Part shown: positions 35,069 through 44,690 of the stretch, piece by piece
Position numbering within the stretch: the first letter of the stretch is position 1
Layout of the letters: the number at the start of each line of letters is the position of its first letter
Assembly (NCBI GenBank): GCA_037142615.1
Contig: JBAXAI010000028.1
Location: forward strand, 1 to 48,954
Reading direction: 5' to 3'
DNA: 48,954 nucleotides
From: Spirochaetales bacterium
Lineage (GTDB): Bacteria; Spirochaetota; Spirochaetia; JABEVK01
The notes under the pieces: generated by a model
The model's input: only the letters and a program-made list of their open reading frames with translations
Databases searched by the model: none
What the model was told of the DNA's origin: nothing
Position numbers and translations under genes: made by a program

Positions 35069-37356
35069 AGGGCCTCCCTCGTTTCGGTTTGATTCATCCG
35101 CGCCGTCCCTTCCTGCACCTTGACCAGATTGCGCCGTCGGAATTGGTATTCAGAGCCCCAATCGGCGGCCCCGTCGACCTCGAGCATCAGCCGGAAAACT
35201 GGCCCTCCCGACCGCACCGGCCAACGGACCGTTGGTCCCGCCGCGTTGACTCCCGGTGCCAGCGCCGGGCACGGCCACGTGGCGAGCAGGGTGCGCTCCC
35301 CATCGTCCAGCCAGGCGGAGACAGTGACTGCGGGAATGTCAAACGGCGAGTCGTTGAGCAGCCACAGTTCGGCCTCCCACAGCTCGCCCTCGGTCCAGCG
35401 GAACTTGGCGTAGCGCGCGCTGGCCAGTACCGGGCGGCAGGCTTGGCGCACGGCCGCGAGCGCCGGTTTGGGCTGCGCGGGGTACATCACCAGGCTGTTG
35501 TTGGCGGCGCACGGCCACGGTTCGTTGAAGCACCAGTTGAGCGCCATGGAACAATACGGTTTCTGGCGCCGCGCCTCTTCGTACACATAACGGTACCCTT
35601 CGGCCTGAAGCGTCTGGCCCGCGTCGATGAGCAGAGCGAGATTGTCGGCGGGGCCGAAGTAGTCGGCGATCACCTCGGGCATCAGCCAGGTGGTCGGTTG
35701 CCACGAGTCAAACCCGTGGTGGGCCGTCCACGCGGTGGTGGGGAGGGGGGGCCACAGCTCGTCCGCAGGAATGATGCCCTGCAGCACCGCCACCGACGAC
35801 GGACTGGGCACGCCGAACTCGGTGTACGCCGTGCAGCGGGCCTTGTTCATCACCTCGAAAACGTCTTGACCCGCATCGTCGCGGAACACGTACGGCCCAT
35901 GGCCCATACCCATCACCGGCGAGGTGGGCAAGAACGGTGTGCCGGGATCCAGCGCCAGGCAGATGGCGCCCAGCTGGCGAAGGGCCAGCGATTGGTCGTC
36001 CATACCCGACCAGCTGTTGAACAGCTCGTTGCCGCCGCACCACAGGGCCGTGCTCGGGTGGAGCCGCAGCCGCCGCACGATGGCGTCGGCCTCGCGAGCC
36101 AGCGTCGCCAGATAGGCCGGCTCGTCGGGGTAGTTATTGCAGGCCAGCGGAAACTCCTGCCACACCAGCAGGCCTTTCTGGTCGCACAGGTCGTGGAAGG
36201 CTTCTTTGTTCACGATTCCGCCACCCCAAACCCGCACAATGTTGAAGTTCGCGCCCACCGCCAGATCGAGAAGCTCTTCGTAACGCCCCGCCGTCAGGGT
36301 GCCGGGGAACACCTCGGGGTTGACCCAGTTGGTCCCCTTGGCGAACACGCCGCGACCGTTGACCTCGAACTGCACCCCCGTCACACTGCGGGTTTTGGGA
36401 AAGATCGCCGGTTCGTTCCACGCGCCTTCGTTGGTCACCAGCCGTATGCGCCGGAAGCCTACCGTACGGACTAGCCGGTCGACCTCGCGACCGGCCACCT
36501 CCAGCGTCAGTTCGAGCTGGTACAAATACGGGGTGCCTTGATCGTGCGGCCACCAAAGTTGCGGGTTGTGCAGGGTGCCAGCGAAGCGGGCGTTGGTACC
36601 CTTGCCAGCGCCGCTGCCAAAGCCGGCGTCGCTTGCAGCCGCCTGGCTCGCGTCCCAAATCGCCTCGCCTTTCGCCTCGCGCAAACGCGCTCGCACTCGA
36701 CCTTCCTGGTGGATTCCCCCGGGCAATGGACGGTCCCAAACCACGTCGACGGTGAACCGGGCCACGCTCAGATCGGCGCTCAACCCCGGCTCGAAGTTCA
36801 CGAGCTCGAGCACGGGTTGCGGCCTCACCTCGAACCACGCGTCGTCCCACAGCCCCGAGGGTATCAACCGCGGATGCCAGTCCCAACCGTAGCTGACGGC
36901 GGGTTTGGTGGAGGCCGAGGCCTGCGAACGGTCGTTCGGTCGGCCAGCGACCTTGGGCACGGGGAAGACGGTGACCTCGAGCACGTTGTCGTCTTGCAGG
37001 TGTTCGAGTCGAAGGCTCAGCGGGCGGAACATCCCTTCACCCTGCTCCAGAACCTGCCCATTGAGGGCCACCGACCAGCGGTAGTCGATGCCACCGCAAC
37101 GCCACCAGACCTGGGTGCCTTCCGGCTGACCTGCCAGCAAGTCGTCGCGGCGGAAGCCCGTGCGGTACACGAACGTGACGTCTTCCAACCACGCCCATTC
37201 TTTCGCTTGGTCAGCAAAGTACGGGTCGGGCAACCCCAGCGCTTTGCCCACGTCGAGCTGGGCGGCACCCGGCACGGTGGCCGGGTACCAGGCCTTGGGG
37301 TGTTCGGGGGGCGTGAAGTAGGAGATTTCCCAGGAAAAGCGGTGGTTGGTGCGCAT
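35065..37356 (-). CDS. Glycoside hydrolase family 2 (beta-mannosidase-like)
   Basis: 'SYGWDWHPR', 'KGTNW', 'RVWGGG', 'VWQEF', 'WCGGNE', 'TEFG'. Start ATG 37356 (TTG 37383 is an alternative). Confidence 0.88.
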   Translation of the reverse strand: MRTNHRFSWEISYFTPPEHPKAWYPATVPGAAQLDVGKALGLPDPYFADQAKEWAWLEDVTFVYRTGFRRDDLLAGQPEGTQVWWRCGGIDYRWSVALNGQVLEQGEGMFRPLSLRLEHLQDDNVLEVTVFPVPKVAGRPNDRSQASASTKPAVSYGWDWHPRLIPSGLWDDAWFEVRPQPVLELVNFEPGLSADLSVARFTVDVVWDRPLPGGIHQEGRVRARLREAKGEAIWDASQAAASDAGFGSGAGKGTNARFAGTLHNPQLWWPHDQGTPYLYQLELTLEVAGREVDRLVRTVGFRRIRLVTNEGAWNEPAIFPKTRSVTGVQFEVNGRGVFAKGTNWVNPEVFPGTLTAGRYEELLDLAVGANFNIVRVWGGGIVNKEAFHDLCDQKGLLVWQEFPLACNNYPDEPAYLATLAREADAIVRRLRLHPSTALWCGGNELFNSWSGMDDQSLALRQLGAICLALDPGTPFLPTSPVMGMGHGPYVFRDDAGQDVFEVMNKARCTAYTEFGVPSPSSVAVLQGIIPADELWPPLPTTAWTAHHGFDSWQPTTWLMPEVIADYFGPADNLALLIDAGQTLQAEGYRYVYEEARRQKPYCSMALNWCFNEPWPCAANNSLVMYPAQPKPALAAVRQACRPVLASARYAKFRWTEGELWEAELWLLNDSPFDIPAVTVSAWLDDGERTLLATWPCPALAPGVNAAGPTVRWPVRSGGPVFRLMLEVDGAADWGSEYQFRRRNLVKVQEGTARMNQTETREAL

Positions 37357-37379
37357 CTTCCCAGTATAACGACTACGGG

Positions 37380-38156
37380 TCAACCCTCCCTCGCCACCCG
37401 TTCGAACGACATTGCCAGCGAGTCGAAAATGTCGCGCCCGGGCACCGGGTCGTCCTGCTCAACAATCCAGATGGGCACCTGGGTCTCGTGCAAGGCGGCG
37501 AAGATGCTGTCGAAGTCGAGGTTGCCGTGGCCCACCTCGCAGAACTGCGGCCGTCCCGGGGTCCAAGTGTAGTCCTTCAGGTGGACGGCGTCGACGCGGC
37601 CCTCCAGGCGGCGCAACCAAGCCGAGGGGCTGCCGCCGCCGGCCTGAATCCACGCGGTGTCGGGTTCAGCCCCCAGCACGGTGGCCGGGATCTGCGCGTA
37701 CAGCCAGGCATAAATACTGGTCGCGGGGCCGGTGGTGCCGGGGATGGGGGCAAACTCGATGGCGTGGTTGTGGTACCCCAGCCGCAAGCCTGCGGCGGCC
37801 AGCGCCTTTCCGGCCACGGTGAGCTGGTCGCGCAGCAAGGGAAGGTTCTCGGGCTTCATCATCTCGTCGCCGGGGTAGCCGAGCGCGGTGAAGTGGCAAC
37901 CCAGCGCGCGCAGTTTCTCAATCACTTCGCCGGGGCGCTGGGTGAGCGCTTCCAGGTTGTCGTGGGCGGCGCACGCCACCAGTCCGGCCTTGTCGAGCAG
38001 TTCCCTCACACGGGGGAAGGGAAGCGGCGCGATGCCCGACACCTGCACCGACGGGTAGCCGATGGCTTTGAGGCGGCGCAGGGTGGCTTCGAGGTCGGCC
38101 TCGGTGCGGCAGTGCTCGCGCACCGAATACAGGTTGACGCCAATCAGGGGTTTCAT
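37380..38156 (-). CDS. Sugar phosphate isomerase/epimerase family (xylose-isomerase-like TIM barrel, AP_endonuc_2)
   Basis: 'LGYHNHAIEF', 'AEPDTAW', 'HLKD', 'EVGHGNLD', 'IVEQD'. ATG 38156 overlaps the upstream stop. Confidence 0.88.
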   Translation of the reverse strand: MKPLIGVNLYSVREHCRTEADLEATLRRLKAIGYPSVQVSGIAPLPFPRVRELLDKAGLVACAAHDNLEALTQRPGEVIEKLRALGCHFTALGYPGDEMMKPENLPLLRDQLTVAGKALAAAGLRLGYHNHAIEFAPIPGTTGPATSIYAWLYAQIPATVLGAEPDTAWIQAGGGSPSAWLRRLEGRVDAVHLKDYTWTPGRPQFCEVGHGNLDFDSIFAALHETQVPIWIVEQDDPVPGRDIFDSLAMSFERVAREG

Positions 38157-39268
38157 TTCGTGACTCCTTGGGAAAGTTGGCCCGGGGTCAGGTTGACAGC
38201 CTGTTCCTGGGCTTTGAGGCAAAGTTCGGCGGCCAGGAACGCGTGGGTCTGCGTCATGGCGTTCTCGGTGCGGTTCAGGCAGTCGAGCACCAGTTGGCCG
38301 AAGTACGGGAAGCCCACTTTGCCAGCGACTTCGAGGTGGTGTTCGCCCTTGCTGTCAACCAGATACACGTGGTCGCCGGCCTTGTCGCGGGCCACGTCGA
38401 TGTACTTGCGCAGCTCGAGGGTGCCCTCGGTGCCCAGGATGAACGTGCGCCCATCGCCCCAAGTACCCAACCCGGCCGGGGTGAACCAGTCGACGCGGAA
38501 GTAGTTGGTGGTGCCGTTGCCGCCTACCAGCGACGCGTCGCCGAAGTCTTCCAGCCCTGGCGTGGCCGGGTTGTTGTAGTTAGCGACCTGGCTGCGGACC
38601 ACCGTCGCCGATTCCGCCCCCGAAAAATGCAAATATTGCTCGATCTGGTGACTGCCGATGTCGCACAGAATGCCACCGTAGCGCGCCTTGTCGAAAAACC
38701 ACGCGGGGCGGGACTGTGCGTTGAGCCGGTGGGGCCCCAGGCCTATCACCTGCAGCACGCGGCCGATGGCGCCCTGGTCGATCAGGTGCCCCGCGTGCAC
38801 GGCTGACTCGACGTGCAGGCGCTCGGAATAGTACACCGCGTACTTTTTGCCGGTGCGGGCGGTTGCGGCGCGGGCTTGCGCCAGCTGGTCCAGCGTGGTC
38901 ATGGGGCTCTTGTCGGTAAAGTAGTCCTTGCCGTGGTCCATGACGCGAAGCCCCAGCGCACAGCGATCGGCGGGAACGGCCGCGGCGGCCACCAGCTTCA
39001 CTTCGGGGTCCTGCAGCACTTCCTGCTCACTGCCGGCCACCTTGGCCTCGGGGTAGAGCCTGCAAAACGCCTCCACCTTGGCCGGGTCGGGGTCATACAC
39101 CCACTTGAGCGTCGCCCCCGCCTCGCGCAGGCCGTTGGTCTGGCCAAAAATATGGCCGTGATCGAGGCCCACCGCCGCAAACACAAACTCACCGGCCTTG
39201 ACCACCGGGTTGGGTTTGCCCTGCGGCGCATAGAACATCCCGTCGGACTTTTGGGCCCCAGCGATCAC
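38153..39268 (-). CDS. Gfo/Idh/MocA-family oxidoreductase
   Basis: 'AVGLDHGHI', 'YFTDKSP', 'GGILCDIGSHQ', 'RVDWFTP'. Confidence 0.88.
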   Translation of the reverse strand: MIAGAQKSDGMFYAPQGKPNPVVKAGEFVFAAVGLDHGHIFGQTNGLREAGATLKWVYDPDPAKVEAFCRLYPEAKVAGSEQEVLQDPEVKLVAAAAVPADRCALGLRVMDHGKDYFTDKSPMTTLDQLAQARAATARTGKKYAVYYSERLHVESAVHAGHLIDQGAIGRVLQVIGLGPHRLNAQSRPAWFFDKARYGGILCDIGSHQIEQYLHFSGAESATVVRSQVANYNNPATPGLEDFGDASLVGGNGTTNYFRVDWFTPAGLGTWGDGRTFILGTEGTLELRKYIDVARDKAGDHVYLVDSKGEHHLEVAGKVGFPYFGQLVLDCLNRTENAMTQTHAFLAAELCLKAQEQAVNLTPGQLSQGVTK

Positions 39269-40506
39269 TTTTTTGCCGCCTTCGCTTCCTTGGCGGCTTC
39301 TTCGGCTTGCAAGCGTTTCAGGTGGGCCTCGAACTCGTCGGCTTGCGCCGGGGTGACGGTAACGCCCCCCTGCAACAGCGACACCATCATGGCGTTGGTG
39401 AGCGTCACCTGGTGGATGCCTTCCTTGCCCTCGGCCACCAGCGGCTCGCCGAACAGCACGTTGCGGGCAAAGCGCTGGATCACCAGCCGGTGACCGCTTT
39501 CACCGTGGTGGGAAAAGGGCACGGGGAAGGTCCAGCATTCGGGACCGCGGTACATCTCGGTGGTGGTGTCGCTCCAGGTCTTCATCGACGAGCGGTTGCG
39601 TGAGAACGTGAGGGTGTTGTTCTCGTACACCAGTTTGCCGTTCTCGCCCACGATTTCCAGGCGGTTGGTGCCGGGACTCTCGGCCGTGCTGGTGATGAAA
39701 TGCGCCACCGAGCCGTCGGCGTACTGCAGGGTGGCCGACACTTCGTCTTCCACCGCGATGGCGTGGTACTTGCCCAGGCCGCCAAAGGCGTTGATTTTGG
39801 CGGGCATGCCCAGAAACCACTGCAGCAGGTCGAGGTTGTGGGGCGACTGGTTGGTGAGCACGCCGCCGCCTTCACCCCGCCACGTGGCCCGCCAGCCGCC
39901 GGATTTATAGTAGTTGCCCGTGCGGAACCAGTCGGTGACCACCCAGGTGGTGCGGACGATGCGCCCGAGCTCACCGTCGGTAATCAGCTCCTTGATCTTC
40001 TTCCAGTGGCCCCACGTGCGTTGCATGAACATCGCCGCGAACACCAGCCCTGGGTGAGTTTTGCGCGCGGCATCGTGGGCGGCAATCATGGTGCGGGCCC
40101 CCTGCGTGGTCACCATCAGCGGCTTTTCCACCAGCACGTGCACGCCCTTGGCGAACGCCGCCAAGGCGATGGGTTCGTGGTCGTAGTGCGGCACCGAAAT
40201 CAAGATCCCGTCGATCAGACCGGAATTGATCATGGCGTACACGTCGGCGAAGGTGGGGGGAAACTCGGCCGGCGAGCGGCTGGAGCCAAACACCGGTTGC
40301 GCCGACAGACTGATGGCCGGAGCGGAGCCGGTGGCTGGCTGTCCCGAATAGTACGACTGCTTTACCTTGTCCAGGCGCGCGGGATCGTTGTCACACAGCG
40401 CAGTCAGCTCCACTTCGGGGATGTTGAGGGCGTACCCGACGTGCGGGTGGCCCATTGCGCCCAGGCCGACGATGCCCAGGCGGAATTTTTTGGTTGCGGT
40501 ACTCAT
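39265..40506 (-). CDS. Gfo/Idh/MocA-family oxidoreductase
   Basis: 'GIVGLGAMG', 'HVLVEKP', 'WRATWRGEGGGVLTNQSPHNLD'; SD GGAG before ATG 40506. Confidence 0.9.
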   Translation of the reverse strand: MSTATKKFRLGIVGLGAMGHPHVGYALNIPEVELTALCDNDPARLDKVKQSYYSGQPATGSAPAISLSAQPVFGSSRSPAEFPPTFADVYAMINSGLIDGILISVPHYDHEPIALAAFAKGVHVLVEKPLMVTTQGARTMIAAHDAARKTHPGLVFAAMFMQRTWGHWKKIKELITDGELGRIVRTTWVVTDWFRTGNYYKSGGWRATWRGEGGGVLTNQSPHNLDLLQWFLGMPAKINAFGGLGKYHAIAVEDEVSATLQYADGSVAHFITSTAESPGTNRLEIVGENGKLVYENNTLTFSRNRSSMKTWSDTTTEMYRGPECWTFPVPFSHHGESGHRLVIQRFARNVLFGEPLVAEGKEGIHQVTLTNAMMVSLLQGGVTVTPAQADEFEAHLKRLQAEEAAKEAKAAKK

Positions 40507-40603
40507 GGCTCCATTGCACCACGGTTCCGCCAAGCGGGCTAGCGACCGTCCGGGAATAAGTATGGACGATTCGGGAAAACTCCCCTATAAGTGGGTAAGC
40601 ACC

Positions 40604-41416
40604 ATGTTCCTTGACCAGGTCTTCCCCGAGACGCTTTCGCTGACTCTGACTCAAAAACCCTACCCCCAGATTCAGGACGACTCGTGGTCGATCCGCGATT
40701 TTGTGTTTGTCGACTACGACTTGTTTGTGTGTACCGCGGGGGCAGCCAAGTTCACGATGGGCAACACCGACTATCTGGTCGAGGGCGGCACCGCGCTTCT
40801 GGTTCCCCCCCGAGTGACGTTGCAGGCCCGTAAAACGTCGGCCAGTAACTTCGAGGCCGTCGCCCAGCATTTTGAGCTGCGGCATCAGGGCGCCGACATG
40901 TTCGACGAGTTCCTTTGGTCGCCTCTGGTGAAGTTCACGCGCTGGCCCTTCGTGCGTGGATTGCTCGAGGCGTACAGCGAGACCGCCCGCACTCCCGACG
41001 CCGGGTCAATGCTGGTCGGCCACGCGCTGTTCAAGGCGCTGGTGCTCGAGTTTGCCCGCGAAGCCTGGCTGAGTGACAGCCCGGCGAGCGACCCCCATCA
41101 CGGCTTTGTGTTCCGCATGGCGCGCGAGCTTGAAAAAGGCTTCCGCGACGAGCACGCGGTCGAGACAGTCCTGACCAACGCGCCGTGCAGCGCCGACTAC
41201 GCGGGCCGTCTGTTCCGCCGGCAGTTCGGAGTCACGCCCGCGCGCTACCACACCAGGTGCCGCATCCGCTTGGCCGCCGACCTGCTGGTAGGTGGGTCGT
41301 CGGTCAAGGAGGCCGCCCACGCCGTCGGCTACGACGACCAGCTGTACTTCAGCCGTGTGTTCACCAAACTGCAGGGCATGGCGCCGCGCGCGTTCCAAAA
41401 GCAGGGGGCAGGGTGA
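40604..41416 (+). CDS. AraC-family transcriptional regulator
   Basis: C-terminal 'RLFRRQFGVTPARY...SVKEAAHAVGYDDQLYFSRVFTK.QGMAPRAF'. Start at 40562 or 40604. Confidence 0.88.
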   Translation: MFLDQVFPETLSLTLTQKPYPQIQDDSWSIRDFVFVDYDLFVCTAGAAKFTMGNTDYLVEGGTALLVPPRVTLQARKTSASNFEAVAQHFELRHQGADMFDEFLWSPLVKFTRWPFVRGLLEAYSETARTPDAGSMLVGHALFKALVLEFAREAWLSDSPASDPHHGFVFRMARELEKGFRDEHAVETVLTNAPCSADYAGRLFRRQFGVTPARYHTRCRIRLAADLLVGGSSVKEAAHAVGYDDQLYFSRVFTKLQGMAPRAFQKQGAG

Positions 41417-42615
41417 CCAGCCATGTGTTCCGGGCCCTCGCTGTCGTGTTCGATCTGGTCGTCTTGGTCTTCTCTGACTTGCTGCTGCGCCGCTACACCC
41501 TCAGCGAACTGACGAATTATCCGTTGCAGATCGACCTGTTGGTGGGGTTGTCGTTCGCGCTGACCGCCCTGTTCCTGTGGAACACCAGCCGCAGCCGTTT
41601 TCGCTACGTGCTGGTTATCCTGAGGGCGCTGGTGTTCGCGCTGCTCACCGTCACGATTCCGGTGCTCGACCTCCGGTTTTTGCCCGCTACGCTGAGCTTC
41701 ACCGTCTTGCTGGCCTTTCATACCAAGTTGCCGCTTTTTCTGGCGACCGAGGGCTTCTGGGCCGCGTTGGTCGGCACCTTGTACTGGCTGTTTCCGCACG
41801 CCAACGTGGAGCGGTCGCTGTGGGGCTACGACCTTCCACTCTACGCGCTTTGCTCGGCGGCCATCATCGTCTGCGCGGCCGGGGTGCGCTGGGTTGTGTC
41901 GGAACTGGGAAGAACCAAGCAGGCCAACCGGGTGCTGAGCGAAGAGGTGAGCCGCCTGTCGAACGCCAACCTGGGGTTTCAGCAGTACGCCTCGGCGCTC
42001 GAGGGCGAGAGCACCCGCTCGGAGCGCCTTCGCTTGAGCCGCGAGATCCACGACAGCGCGGGCTACGCGCTCACCACGCTCAAGATGCTCTTCGAGGCGG
42101 CCAAGGGCCTCCTGGTCAAGGACCCAAAGCGCATCGACACGCTGATGGACGAAGGGGCGCGCATCTCGCAGGAGGCCCTGCACGAGATCCGGTACGTGCT
42201 GAGGCAACTCCGCACCAAGGAGGAACCGCTCCCGAAAGGGCTGCGGCTGGTGGTGCTGCTGGTGCGCAACTTCGAGAAGGCCTGCGGCATCGAGGTGCAC
42301 CTCGAAACGACCAACGCCCGCAACTCCTACAGCGACCGCGTGAACTCCACGATGTACCGCATGGTGCAGGAAGGCATGACCAACGCCTTTCACCACGGAC
42401 GAGCCACCGAGGTGTCCATCGTTCTGGCCGAAGTGGACCACAAGCTCTCGATCCGCATCCGCGACAACGGCGTGGGCAGCGTTTCGGTGAAAAAGGGCAT
42501 CGGCCTGAGCGGCATGGAAGAAAGGGTGGCCGAAGCCGGAGGTTGGATGCAATATAAAGGTCAGGCAGACGGGTTCGAGATCAATGCCTTGGTTCCCATC
42601 GAGGAGAGTCCATGA
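41413..42615 (+). CDS. Membrane sensor histidine kinase (HisKA_3, NarX/UhpB/DesK class)
   Basis: About five to six TM helices; H-box 'ERLRLSREIHDSAG'; 'QEGMTNAFHHG', 'DNGVG', 'GIGLSGMEER'. GTG 41413 overlaps the AraC stop. Confidence 0.9.
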   Translation: MTSHVFRALAVVFDLVVLVFSDLLLRRYTLSELTNYPLQIDLLVGLSFALTALFLWNTSRSRFRYVLVILRALVFALLTVTIPVLDLRFLPATLSFTVLLAFHTKLPLFLATEGFWAALVGTLYWLFPHANVERSLWGYDLPLYALCSAAIIVCAAGVRWVVSELGRTKQANRVLSEEVSRLSNANLGFQQYASALEGESTRSERLRLSREIHDSAGYALTTLKMLFEAAKGLLVKDPKRIDTLMDEGARISQEALHEIRYVLRQLRTKEEPLPKGLRLVVLLVRNFEKACGIEVHLETTNARNSYSDRVNSTMYRMVQEGMTNAFHHGRATEVSIVLAEVDHKLSIRIRDNGVGSVSVKKGIGLSGMEERVAEAGGWMQYKGQADGFEINALVPIEESP

Positions 42616-43253
42616 CCCCCGACCACAAGATCCGCATCGTCGTCGTCGACGACCAAACGCTGTTCGCCCATATGCTCAAAACCATGCTCGAAACGCGGTC
42701 CGAAGATTTCGAGGTGGTGGGCCTGGCGTTCAACGGCCAGGAGGCCCTGGGCATCATCGACCAGACCAAACCCGATCTGGTGCTGCTCGACGTCAAAATG
42801 CCGGTGATGGATGGCGTCCGCACAGCCAAGGAACTGGTCAAGAAGGGGCCCTTGCCCCGCATCATCATGCTCACCACCTTCGACGACAACAGCGCCGTGC
42901 ACGAGGTGCTCGGGGCCGGCGTGTCGGGCTACATCCTCAAGGACTGTGCGCCCGGCGAACTGTTCAGCGCCATCAAGTCGGTGCACGCGGGCACAACGTC
43001 GTTCTCGGCTCCCATCATCAAACAATTGCTGCACCCGACGCCGGTTGCCACAGTCTCGGCCACCGACCTCAACCGACGCGAGCGCGAGATCCTTTTGCTG
43101 GTTGCCCAGGGTCTCGAGAACCACGAGATCGCCGAACGCCTTTTCATCGCCGAGCAGACCGTCAAGAACAACCTATCGACCCTCTACACCAAGTTCGACA
43201 TCAAGGACAGGACCAAGCTCGTCAAGCTCGCCGAGCAGTTGACCAAGACCTAG
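42612..43253 (+). CDS. NarL/LuxR-family response regulator
   Basis: 'VVDDQ', 'LLDVKMPVMDG', 'LTTFDD', 'GYILKD'; HTH 'LNRREREILLLVAQGLENHEIAERLFIAEQTVKN'. Confidence 0.95.
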   Translation: MTPDHKIRIVVVDDQTLFAHMLKTMLETRSEDFEVVGLAFNGQEALGIIDQTKPDLVLLDVKMPVMDGVRTAKELVKKGPLPRIIMLTTFDDNSAVHEVLGAGVSGYILKDCAPGELFSAIKSVHAGTTSFSAPIIKQLLHPTPVATVSATDLNRREREILLLVAQGLENHEIAERLFIAEQTVKNNLSTLYTKFDIKDRTKLVKLAEQLTKT

Positions 43254-43263
43254 CCCCAGAGTC

Positions 43264-43296
43264 TTCGGTACTTTTTCGGTACTTGGGTACCTGTAC
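43264..43296 (+). promoter_or_regulatory. Direct repeats, candidate response-regulator binding site
   Basis: TTCGGTACTT at 43264 and 43275 (11-bp period), then GGTAC (43286) and GTAC (43293), upstream of the sugar ABC operon. Confidence 0.55.
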
Positions 43297-43370
43297 GGCC
43301 CGGCAAACCGGCTTGATAGTGTACTCACGGTCCTAATAGAGGGACCGAATTCTGAGACAAAGAGGTCATC

Positions 43371-44639
43371 ATGGTCAAACGACTTGGTCTTGCCCTATTG
43401 CTCCTGGTCGGTATCAGTTTCGCGCTGAGCGCCCAGACCACCATCAAGTACGCGTTCTGGGGTAACCCTGACGCCATCGGTGTCGAAAAAGACATCATCG
43501 ACGCCTTTGAGGAGTCGCACCCTGACATCAAGGTCACGCCCATCGCTGTGGCCTACGGCGACTACCACGCCAAGCTGCAGATTCTCATCGCCGGTGGCCA
43601 GGCCCCCGACGTCATGCGGGTCGACAGCTATTTCTTCCAGGACTTTTTGAAGACCGGTGCCCTCAAAGACATCACCGCCCAGCTCAAGGCCGACAAGGTC
43701 GACCTGGCCAAGTACTACCAGACCGGCCTACAAGACAGCGTCAATGCTGGCAAATACTACGGTCTGCCGTGGGCCACCGCCCCCCTGTACGTGTTCGTCA
43801 ACACCAAGGTGTTCAAAGACGCCGGCGTGGCCATTCCCAAGTCCAACTGGACCTGGGACGACTTCGTGAAGATCGCGCGCCAGCTCACCAAGGGCGAAGG
43901 CGAAAACCAGGTCAGCGGCTACGGCATGACGGCCCTCGAAATCAACCAGTTCCTTTCGATGGTGTGGGGCGCCGGTGAAGACCTGTTCACCAAAGACAAG
44001 AGCAAGTTTGGCCTGACCACCCCCGGCGCCACCAAGAAGCTCGACGAGATCGCCGCCCTGATCAAGGAAAAAACTTTCGCCGACCCGGCCATTTTCACCA
44101 ACACCGACGTCAACATGCGCTACTTCGTGCAGGGCAAGATCGGCATGATGCTGGGCGCCGCGTCGAGCATCCTCAGCCTGCAGAAGTCCGAGGGTGTCGA
44201 CTTCACCTTGCTGCCTTTCCCGGGCACCGCCAAGATCCCCAACGTCACCATCAGCAAGTCGAACATCATCGCGCTCTACAGCAAGATCAAGGACGCCAAG
44301 CAGGCTGCGGCGGCTTGGGAGTTCCTCAAGTTCCTCCGCGCTCCCGGCGAACCCGGCGAACTGCTGTACATGAAGGCCAAGCGCATGCCTCCCAACGTCG
44401 ATGACCTCGCCCTGTGGGACATCTACGCAGACAGCACCAAGCCCCCGAAAAATGTCGCCGCCGTGACCAAGGAAATCAACGCCAAATATGGCCGCATTCT
44501 GCCGCTGCGAGCCGGTTGGACCGAAATCCAGGGTCTGGTGATGCCGCAGTTGCAAAAGGTGTATGCCGGCTCGGTCGATGCCGCCACCGCCATGAAGGAA
44601 ATTGAGCCCCAAGTCAACGCCATCCTCGCCAAGAAGTAA
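43371..44639 (+). CDS. Sugar ABC transporter substrate-binding protein
   Basis: Signal peptide; 'IAGGQAPDV', 'GKYYGLPW', 'WTWDDF', 'AAWEFLKFL'. Confidence 0.92.
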   Translation: MVKRLGLALLLLVGISFALSAQTTIKYAFWGNPDAIGVEKDIIDAFEESHPDIKVTPIAVAYGDYHAKLQILIAGGQAPDVMRVDSYFFQDFLKTGALKDITAQLKADKVDLAKYYQTGLQDSVNAGKYYGLPWATAPLYVFVNTKVFKDAGVAIPKSNWTWDDFVKIARQLTKGEGENQVSGYGMTALEINQFLSMVWGAGEDLFTKDKSKFGLTTPGATKKLDEIAALIKEKTFADPAIFTNTDVNMRYFVQGKIGMMLGAASSILSLQKSEGVDFTLLPFPGTAKIPNVTISKSNIIALYSKIKDAKQAAAAWEFLKFLRAPGEPGELLYMKAKRMPPNVDDLALWDIYADSTKPPKNVAAVTKEINAKYGRILPLRAGWTEIQGLVMPQLQKVYAGSVDAATAMKEIEPQVNAILAKK

Positions 44640-44649
44640 GTTTTGATGG

Positions 44650-44675
44650 GGGAGGGGGGGGCTTCCCCCCCTCCC
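44650..44675 (+). terminator. Intercistronic hairpin after the SBP gene
   Basis: GGGAGGGGGGG-GCTT-CCCCCCCTCCC, 11-bp stem, no U-tract. Confidence 0.55.
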
Positions 44676-44690
44676 GATAAGGAATCGCCC

